Shown in pieces: positions 9,959-22,270 of a DNA stretch of 64,000 nt; position 1 is the stretch's first letter; each line of letters begins with the position of its first letter. The notes under the pieces were generated by a model. It was not told where the DNA came from, searched no databases, and worked only from the letters and a program-made list of their open reading frames with translations. This stretch comes from an uncultured Chlamydiales bacterium. GTDB taxonomy: Bacteria; Chlamydiota; Chlamydiia; Chlamydiales; JAAKFR01. The position numbers were made by a program, and so were the translations under genes. Where the stretch lies: assembly GCA_963699155.1 (NCBI GenBank), contig OY969414.1, positions 1,227,757 through 1,291,756 of the forward strand. Reading direction: 5' to 3'.

Positions 9959-12900
9959 ATGCTAAAGAGACGGCCGGATAGGGTCAGCTTCGTCAAAAAG
10001 GAAGAGATTATCGATCTTCCCAATTTGATCGAGGTGCAGATTAAGTCATACAACCAGTTTCTGCAAATCGATAAATTTCCTGAAGAGCGGGAAAATATGG
10101 GATTGCAAGAGGTATTCACAGAAATATTTCCGATCAAATCCTACGATGAAAAAACTGTTTTAGAATATCTCTCCTATAACCTTGGAGTGCCCAAATACAC
10201 TCCAGAAGAGTGTATCCGGCGCGGGATCACCTACAATGTCACTCTAAAGGTCCGCTTCCGGCTGACAGACGAGACAGGTATTAAGGAAGAGGAAGTCTAC
10301 ATGGGGACGATCCCTGTGATGACCGAAAAAGGGACCTTTATCATCAATGGAGCTGAACGTGTGGTCGTCTCCCAGCTCCACCGTTCTCCTGGTATCAACT
10401 ATGAACAGGAAAGACATCCGAAAGGGATGATGCTCTAGCCTTCCGCATGATCCCTTACCGCGGAAGCTGGCTCGAGGCTGCTTTTGACTCGAACGATCTG
10501 ATCCATGTCTATATCGACCGTAAAAAACGGCGCCGCAAAATTCTTGCCACGACCTTTATCCGTGCTCTGGGCTACTCTTCGGATGCCGACATTATCGAAG
10601 AGTTTTTCACCACCTCCAACATGAAGGTGAAAAGTGAGAGCGAATTTGGCAAGCTGGTCGGTAAAATTTTAGCTGAAGACATTATCGATGCCGCTAGCGG
10701 CCTTGTCTATGGAAAAGCAGGCGAGAAGCTGAGCACAGCGATGCTCAAACGGATCGTCGATGCAGGCATCCACACCTTAAAAATCGCCCAAGATGCGGAT
10801 GAGAACCATCCGATCATCAAAATGTTGGCGAAAGACCCTACCGACTCCTATGAAGCTGCTTTAAAAGATTTCTATCGCAAAATCCGCCCCGGCGAACCTG
10901 CAACGCTCTCCAATGCACGTTCTGTCATCATGCGCCTCTTCTTCGATCCGAAACGCTATAACCTGGGGCGTGTAGGTCGCTATAAATTGAATCGTAAACT
11001 CGGTTTTGGCTCTAGTGAAGAAGAGCTTGCGATCGTTACCCTGCGTAAGGAAGATGTCATCGGAGCTTTAAAATATCTGATCCGCTTAAAAGCGGGTGAT
11101 GAAAATGCGAACGTCGACGACATCGACCACCTCGCAAACCGCCGTGTCCGTTCTGTCGGAGAGTTGATTCAGAACCAGTGCCGCGTCGGTTTGGCGCGCA
11201 TGGAGAAGATCATCCGCGAGCGGATGAACCTTTTTGATTTTTCTTCCGATACTTTGACACCTGGCAAAATTGTCTCTGCAAAGGGGCTGGCAGGTGTGCT
11301 GAAGGACTTTTTCGGCAGATCTCAGCTCTCCCAATTTATGGATCAGACCAATCCGGTTGCTGAATTGACCCACAAGCGGCGTCTTTCTGCTCTGGGACCT
11401 GGCGGTTTGAACCGAGAGCGTGCTGGTTTCGAAGTGCGCGACGTCCATTCTAGCCACTACGGAAGAATCTGTCCGATTGAAACACCTGAAGGTCCTAACA
11501 TCGGTCTGATCACCTCACTTTCGTCTTTCGCAAAGATCAATGAATTTGGCTTCATCGAAACCCCTTACCGGATGGTCCGAGACGGGGTTGTCACCGATGA
11601 GATTGAATATATGACTGCCGACGTGGAAGAGCAGTGCATCATTGCACAGGCCTCGGCACGGCTCGATGAGCATAATATGTTTAAAGATGAGATTTGCTGG
11701 GCTCGCTATAAAGGGGAGTCACTCGAGATCGAATCGAGCAAAGCGACCCATATGGATGTCTCGCCTAAGCAGCTCGTCTCTATCGTCACAGGCCTGATTC
11801 CCTTCTTGGAACATGATGACGCCAACCGGGCGTTGATGGGCTCGAACATGCAGCGTCAAGCGGTACCTCTTCTGATACCTGATGCCCCGATCGTCGGAAC
11901 AGGCTTGGAAGCTCGCTCTGCGCGCGATTCTGGAGCTGTTGTTATCGCTGATGAAGATGGGACAGTCGAATATGTCGATGGTCTCAAGATCGTAGTCGCC
12001 TCAAAACAAAATCCGATGGAGAAAAAAACCTATGAACTGAAAAAGTTCATGCGCTCCAATGCAGGGACCTGTATCAATCAGAAACCTCTCTGCGATGTGG
12101 GTGATAAGGTAAAAGCGGGTGACGTCATTGCCGATGGACCCGCGACCGATCGTGGCGAAATTGCACTCGGTAAAAACGTGCTCGTGGCCTTCATGCCTTG
12201 GTGTGGCTACAACTTTGAGGATGCGATCATCATCTCGGAAAAACTGCTTCGAGAGGATGCCTACACCTCAATCTACATCGAAGAGTTCGAGTTGACAGCG
12301 CGCGATACCAAACTGGGTAAGGAAGAGATCACCCGCGATATTCCGAACGTGTCGGAAGAGGCGCTCGCCAATCTGGGCGAAGATGGGATCATCCGCATCG
12401 GTTCCGAGGTGAAGCCTGGCGATATTTTAGTCGGGAAAATTACGCCGAAGTCTGAAACTGAGCTGGCTCCTGAAGAGCGACTCCTCCGCGCCATCTTTGG
12501 CGAAAAGGCCGCTGACGTCAAAGATGCCTCTCTGACTGTGCCACCAGGCACCGAAGGGGTTGTCATGGATGTGAAGGTCTTCAGCCGCAGAGACCGCCTC
12601 TCCAAAACAGATGATGAGCTGGTCGAAGAGGCCTCCCATCTGAAAGATCTGCAGAAAGAGTACAAACAGCGGATGACGATCCTGAAGATGGAGCGTCATG
12701 AAAAATTGGGGGCCCTTCTTATGGGTGAGAAGGCGCCTGCGCCGATCATCCATCGCCGTACCGCAGAAGAGATTGTAGCTCAGGGAGCGCTCTTTACTCA
12801 GGAGATGATCGAGACCTTCGAGCATGAAGATCCGATCGATCTCATCATGCCTCCACACGATCTCTACGAGATGCTCCGCTCGATCTTGCGTGACTATGAG

Positions 12901-13722
12901 ATCCAGCTGCAGAAGCTCGAGATGAAACACAAGACTGAGATCGAACTACTTCGCAAAGGGGATACCGATCTCGATCCAGGTGTCATCCGTCAAGTCAAGG
13001 TCTACATCGCCTCGAAGCGCAAGCTGCAGGTGGGCGATAAGATGGCAGGTCGTCACGGTAACAAAGGGGTTGTCTCTAAGATCGTGAACGAGGCCGATAT
13101 GCCCTACCTTCCCGATGGCCAGACGATCGAAATCATTCTGAACCCGCTTGGGGTACCTTCTCGAATGAACATCGGGCAGGTGTTGGAAACCCACCTCGGC
13201 TTTGCTGCCAAGAAGGCGGGCATCTTTGTGAAGAGCGCCGTCTTTGAGGGATTCCCTGAAGACCGTATCTGGGAGATGATGAAAGAGCAAAAATTGCCTG
13301 AGGATGGCAAATCTTATCTCTATGATGGCCGCAATGGAGAGCGATTCGATAACAAAGTGGTTATCGGATACATCTATATGCTGAAATTGAGCCACCTAGT
13401 GGCCGATAAGATCCACGCCCGCTCGATCGGCCCCTACTCCCTCGTCACCCAACAGCCTCTCGGCGGTAAAGCCCAGATGGGGGGACAACGATTTGGGGAG
13501 ATGGAGGTGTGGGCGCTCGAAGCCTATGGTGCTGCACACGTATTGCAGGAAATCTTGACCGTGAAATCGGACGACGTCTCAGGGCGTACCCGCATTTATG
13601 AGTCAATCGTGAAAGGAGAGAATCTCCTTAAAGCCGGAACGCCAGAGTCCTTTAACGTCTTGATCAAAGAGATGCAAGGCTTGGCGCTAGACGTGCGTCC
13701 ATTAACTGTCGAAGAAGATTGA
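9959..13722 (+). CDS. rpoB: RNA polymerase beta subunit (one apparent frameshift at ~10436)
   Basis: [45 protein letters not shown]; ORFs 9959-10438 and 10447-13722 are in different frames. Confidence 0.95.
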
Positions 13723-13741
13723 GCAAGAGAGGAGATTGTAC

Positions 13742-17892
<4,151 letters not shown>

Positions 17893-17897
17893 GAAAA

Positions 17898-17923
17898 AGA
17901 GCCCAGGTTCACCCCTGGGCTCT
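17898..17923. terminator. Hairpin after rpoC (probable terminator)
   Basis: AGAGCCCAGG...CCTGGGCTCT, preceded by an A-run. Confidence 0.55.
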
Positions 17924-17940
17924 CTAACAAAGGAAACCCT

Positions 17941-18306
17941 ATGTCCCTCAAACCCGTCACCTTCTGCCAAGTCTATAATGAATATGGCACCGAAGGCCTT
18001 ACTGAGGAAGGGAAGTCTACGCGAAAAATCATGATTGGCTGCATCGCCGGAGGAATTGGCGGGGTTGTTTCCGGTGCATTAGTCATCGTTCTAGCTATTC
18101 TCTTTCCCAGCCACCCTTTTCTCAATATGTGGCAAATGCCCCCAGTAACTTTCACAGCGATCGTCGCCACTTCAGGATCTATCATGGCGTTGTGTGGCTC
18201 CATCCTCGCTATACTCTATACTTATCTTGGCTATTGCCACCCCATGAGTGAGGAGAACATGAACCATGAGGTCCATCCCGATATCATCCCCCAGCTCCGC
18301 GCCTAG
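17941..18306 (+). CDS. Small membrane protein with a bilobed hydrophobic segment (Inc-like candidate)
   Basis: 121 aa, two close hydrophobic stretches, no signal peptide. Confidence 0.55.
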   Translation: MSLKPVTFCQVYNEYGTEGLTEEGKSTRKIMIGCIAGGIGGVVSGALVIVLAILFPSHPFLNMWQMPPVTFTAIVATSGSIMALCGSILAILYTYLGYCHPMSEENMNHEVHPDIIPQLRA

Positions 18307-18439
18307 TTCTTATCGTTCCTATCGTTGTATCGTTCAAATCGTTTTCTGGTTTCGACGCATTTGACATGAAATTTCTTATCCAAAATTGGCGTTTTTTTAT
18401 GAACATCCTGTATGAGATGAGAAAAAGCGAGGAGACTCA

Positions 18440-19183
18440 ATGAAAAGCATTTCACTGTTAGCACTGCTGTTGTTCATATCCGCTAGTTCACTGCCTAGTG
18501 TGGGAACTGAGGAGAGCATGGGTAGGGTTGATGGCATCGAGATCAATGTGGCAGTACAGGGACCAGCGACGCAGGAGACACCTTTACAGGTTGCCTGTCT
18601 GTTTGAGTATACGGAAGGCGATATTTACAAATCGCCCCCTGCATTACCAAAAGAGTTGAATGGGATGGTCCATCTGGATGAAGCATTGAATGGACTCATT
18701 ACCGAGATACGCAAGACAAATAAATTTAGGGGAGAGCTCTTAGAAACACTACTCATTACACCTCCACCCAATACGGTGAAGGCAAAAAGATTACTGCTGA
18801 TCGGTCTTGGAAATAGGGACAGCTTCAAACCTGAAATCATGCGGATGGTCGGTGTTGTAGGGATGCGAGAAGCGTTGAGAATGGGGGTTTCGAGCTACGC
18901 GCATGCGAGCGACTTAAAGGATGCGGGGATCTCTTCGCCCACAGCTGAAGTGGCTGAGTTTGCGATCAAGGGAGCGATAGAGGCTTACCGTACACAACTC
19001 TTTTTAAAAGAGCGGAATGCTTCGGAGAATTTAACCGTAAATAAAATGACTCTTCTAGCCGGACCAGCCTTAGAAAGTATCGTGGGAAGTTTGAAAAGCT
19101 TAGCTGTCTTAGCCAAGATGGCTGTGTTATGCATAATGGACAGACGATCATGGCTTTGGACTCCAAAGTACATGGCCGGCTGA
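18440..19183 (+). CDS. Exported peptidase M17 N-terminal-domain-like protein; 3' end replaced by antisense ycaC sequence
   Basis: Signal peptide; HLDEALNGLITEIRK...FRGELLETLL...AKRLLLIGLG resembles the PepA N-domain; no catalytic C-domain. Confidence 0.7.
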   Translation: MKSISLLALLLFISASSLPSVGTEESMGRVDGIEINVAVQGPATQETPLQVACLFEYTEGDIYKSPPALPKELNGMVHLDEALNGLITEIRKTNKFRGELLETLLITPPPNTVKAKRLLLIGLGNRDSFKPEIMRMVGVVGMREALRMGVSSYAHASDLKDAGISSPTAEVAEFAIKGAIEAYRTQLFLKERNASENLTVNKMTLLAGPALESIVGSLKSLAVLAKMAVLCIMDRRSWLWTPKYMAG

Positions 19184-19239
19184 AAGTCTATCAAAGCGAG
19201 CGCACAATTCTGAGGGGTTAGCATTTCTCTCATACTCAT
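19070..19239 (-). pseudogene. 5' remnant of an isochorismatase/YcaC-family hydrolase
   Basis: MLTPQNCALALIDFQPAMYFGVQS...AKTAKLFKLPTILS is a YcaC-type N-terminus; homology stops after ~56 aa. Confidence 0.75.
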
Positions 19240-19282
19240 AACAACCTACCTTTTAGCGGGAAACTAGGCAAAATGAGCTAGA

Positions 19283-19311
19283 TTGTCAATAAAAAATTTA
19301 CTTGTTAGGAT
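19283..19311 (+). promoter_or_regulatory. Putative sigma70/sigma66-type promoter of the NHLP-like gene
   Basis: TTGTCA-17 bp-TAGGAT; GGAGG Shine-Dalgarno at 19328-19332. Confidence 0.4.
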
Positions 19312-19337
19312 AGACTTAACTATTTTGGAGGGTTTTT

Positions 19338-19913
19338 ATGGCAGTTGAAAAAGAATTAGATGGCTCGGTTCTTGAAATTTTGACAAAGCCTGAAGTCAGA
19401 AAAGAATTTAAACAAAATCCGCGAGAATGTCTCAAAAAGCACAATATTAAATGGAGCGATGACCGAGAAATTAAAGTCTCCGAAGATACAGACAAAAAAA
19501 TCTATTTTACCATTAGGGTAATGAAAGATCCAAAATTATTGGATCAAATCGAGCTACCTGAGAACTTAAAAAAATTCTATAGAGAACTGTACCAATCACC
19601 CGAGCTCCGTGCTCGATTGCAACGCAATCCAAAAGAAGTTTTTAAATCGTTTAATATTGATTTTCCGAGTGACAAAGAGATTATTGTTCTTGAAGATAGC
19701 GATCAGCTTTTTAATTTTGTTCTTCCAGATTCATCAGAAATTAGTGAAGCGGAATTAGCTCAACTAGCAGGTGGGGTAACAACCAAGAAGAGTACCTCAA
19801 CAGATCTGATTGTCGCTGGTGTCGTCTTATGCAGTTTGAATCTCTTTGTGGGTGCTGGATTTATTATTGCGGGTGCTGTCCTTAAAAGTAGAGAGGCTCA
19901 AACCAAAAATTAA
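19338..19913 (+). CDS. NHLP (nitrile hydratase-like leader) family RiPP precursor with a duplicated leader domain
   Basis: Two copies of R..(F/L)..NP(R/K)E.........D.EI.V.ED.D...F, then LP...EISEAELAQLAGG and a 45-aa hydrophobic core. Confidence 0.8.
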   Translation: MAVEKELDGSVLEILTKPEVRKEFKQNPRECLKKHNIKWSDDREIKVSEDTDKKIYFTIRVMKDPKLLDQIELPENLKKFYRELYQSPELRARLQRNPKEVFKSFNIDFPSDKEIIVLEDSDQLFNFVLPDSSEISEAELAQLAGGVTTKKSTSTDLIVAGVVLCSLNLFVGAGFIIAGAVLKSREAQTKN

Positions 19914-19917
19914 TAAC

Positions 19918-20807
19918 TCAAATTCTTGCCGAGTTAGAGCGGCCACTCCCAGGTGTGTAGCTTTGGGGAGTGGGACGAGGAGCTACTTGCCGAGGAGGAG
20001 GTTCTTGTCTGGGAGGAGGGTCGGGGTTTCTCACCACCATGCCCACAAGACCGATAGATCGCTTTTGAGGTAACCTGAATTCCTCTCTCTTCTGGGCGGG
20101 CTTTGGAGCAGGCTGTTGAACCGGCCTTGAAGAGGGTGGGGGCACAATTTTACTGGGCTGAGGGGGAGAAGTTGTCACTACAGGCTGCGGGCTATAAGGG
20201 GTAAAATCAACGGCTCTTGGCATAGGAGGAGCTGTCACTACAGGCTGTGGAGTGTATGGGGTGAAATCGACATGGCTTGTTACAGAAAAGGATGGCGAGT
20301 CTGTGAATCCACTGAACATAGTAGAGGAATCCGTAGGCGTTGCGTATGGGGTATATTCACCGTACTTGACGAGCTCCCTCCGCTATAAGGAACATAATCA
20401 GACTCTGTTGACGAAGGTGAGTGCAGGATATCGGAAGCGGCATCGTCGAGTGTGCTTTTAAAATCAGAAAAGACTATACCTCCAAAAGCTGCTGCTTCAG
20501 TTGCCTTTTCGATAGATTGAGCGAGAATGAGGCCATTGGCATAGCTTGGAGTAAACATAGACCCTCCCAAACCATCAATTCCAACCGCAACAGCAGCGCC
20601 ATCTTGGAGCAGAGTTGACTTGTTCATGAGCTCTGCCACTTTTAGAGCTGTTTCTGCCGCATGAATTTCCTCATCGACTTTGGTAAAATCGGGGTAACCA
20701 AAGCCTTTCGAGGCGAAATAGCTATCTATCAAAGCATTCTTAGCTCTGTTCGCAGCATCCAATCTCGCCTGTGCGGCTTGGATAGGGCCATTTAATGGTG
20801 GTGCCAT
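19918..20807 (-). CDS. Pro/Ser-rich hypothetical protein (one frameshift at ~20370), paralog of 62196-63224
   Basis: ORFs 20280-20807 and 19918-20319 join; N-terminus QAAQARLDAANRAKNALID...PDFTKVDEEI matches the 62 kb protein. Confidence 0.7.
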
Positions 20808-20899
20808 TCATTTCCTCATTTGCTTAATTTTCTCATTTCCAGTAAATTCTATAGTTTCAAGTTAATTTCGAGCTAATTATTTTTAATTAAGGAGAAGAG

Positions 20900-22230
20900 A
20901 TGGCAGCCGCTTCATCAGTATCATCACACAGTATAAAGAGAGCTCCTTCACAGGATGCGAGAGGAGCACCCGCAAGGGGACAAAATGGTGAAGTAGCTCG
21001 GGTCGTGCAAACATCTCTAGCTAGTCAAAGCCCTCCTACTCAACTCCCAGCAGATCTGCTCTCTGAATGCTGCAAGAAAGGGGATATTGCTGTTGTGAGA
21101 AGGGCCATTGAGAGGGGAGCGCGTCCCGATGCCCAAACTCTCACTTGGGCTTGTCACTCAAAGAAATATGAAATTGTAGAGGCTGTAGTCGCAGTGGGAG
21201 CCAAACCGGATGGTGAGACGCTGACAACTGCTTGTGCAACAGGTAATCCCGCCATTGTCATGAAAATTCTCTCTTTGGGCGCCACACCCTCTTTTAATAC
21301 GAAAAGAATCGCTGAAAAGAGTCGAAATGATGAGATTATTCGAATGATCTATACTTTGAGGAGCGAAAGTTCTCCCTGGTCCAGTACCTCAGAAGATCCC
21401 TTCAAACCCAATAAAGAGGATTTATTTAAAAAGCAGCAAGAGACTATTCGGGCGATTGAGCAAAATACCCTAGATCGTCAAATGGAAGCTCATCATTGGA
21501 ACTTGTTAGGGGGCTATTTGCTTCGAGGACAAACGGTCAATGTCAGAGGTAAACCCTACACTCAAAAGGATACCGCCTTAGAAGCTATATCTCTAGAGTA
21601 TCCAGGTAAGTTCGATGCTCATTTAGTCCTCGCATCAATTCTTCCAGATGGAGAAAAGATCCTAATGCCTGATGGAAAATGGATGACAAAGAAGCAGCTT
21701 TGCAAAAAGGCTATGGCCATCGATGGAGGCCAACCCCATACTACGGCCGTCTTGTAGAGATGATGGCGGAGGGAGAGCGGCTTGCATTAGTCCCACAGGG
21801 CCTTCCAATGACAAAGCAGGAGATCCTTCTCCATGGACTTGGCATTTTGGGTCGTTGGAAAGGGTTTATCTATTACCCTCTTGCATTAACCCTTCCTGAT
21901 CTGGGGGCCTCTATCCAAGTAGGGGGCGTAATGATGACACAAGAGGCGCTATTGCTAGAAAGCATACGTGAGCTGGCCGGTTTTGCTTTAGCTTGCTACG
22001 TACTTGCTCACCGTCTTCCAGATCAGAGAACCGTCAAATTGCATGATGGAAGGAAAATGTCAAAGCAACAGCTATACTGCGAGGCATTAGCAAGAAACTT
22101 CCCCTGTCCTGCATTGGTCCATCACGATCTGGGGCGTTCTCTTCCTGTGGGGGGAAGAATTCAGGTGCCACCAGATAACCGCATCATGACGAGGGAAGAG
22201 CTTCTCACGAGTAGAGCCTATAACATCTGA
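20900..22230 (+). CDS. Ankyrin-like repeat protein with C-terminal ~40-aa TPR-like repeats (one frameshift at ~21735)
   Basis: GARPDAQTLTWAC / GAKPDGETLTTAC repeats; the LP.G..I...DG..MTKxQL repeat continues across ORFs 20900-21757 and 21679-22230. Confidence 0.7.
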
Positions 22231-22270
22231 CACTACTGTTTGTAGATGTCGACACCGCTGCTTTTTTTTA

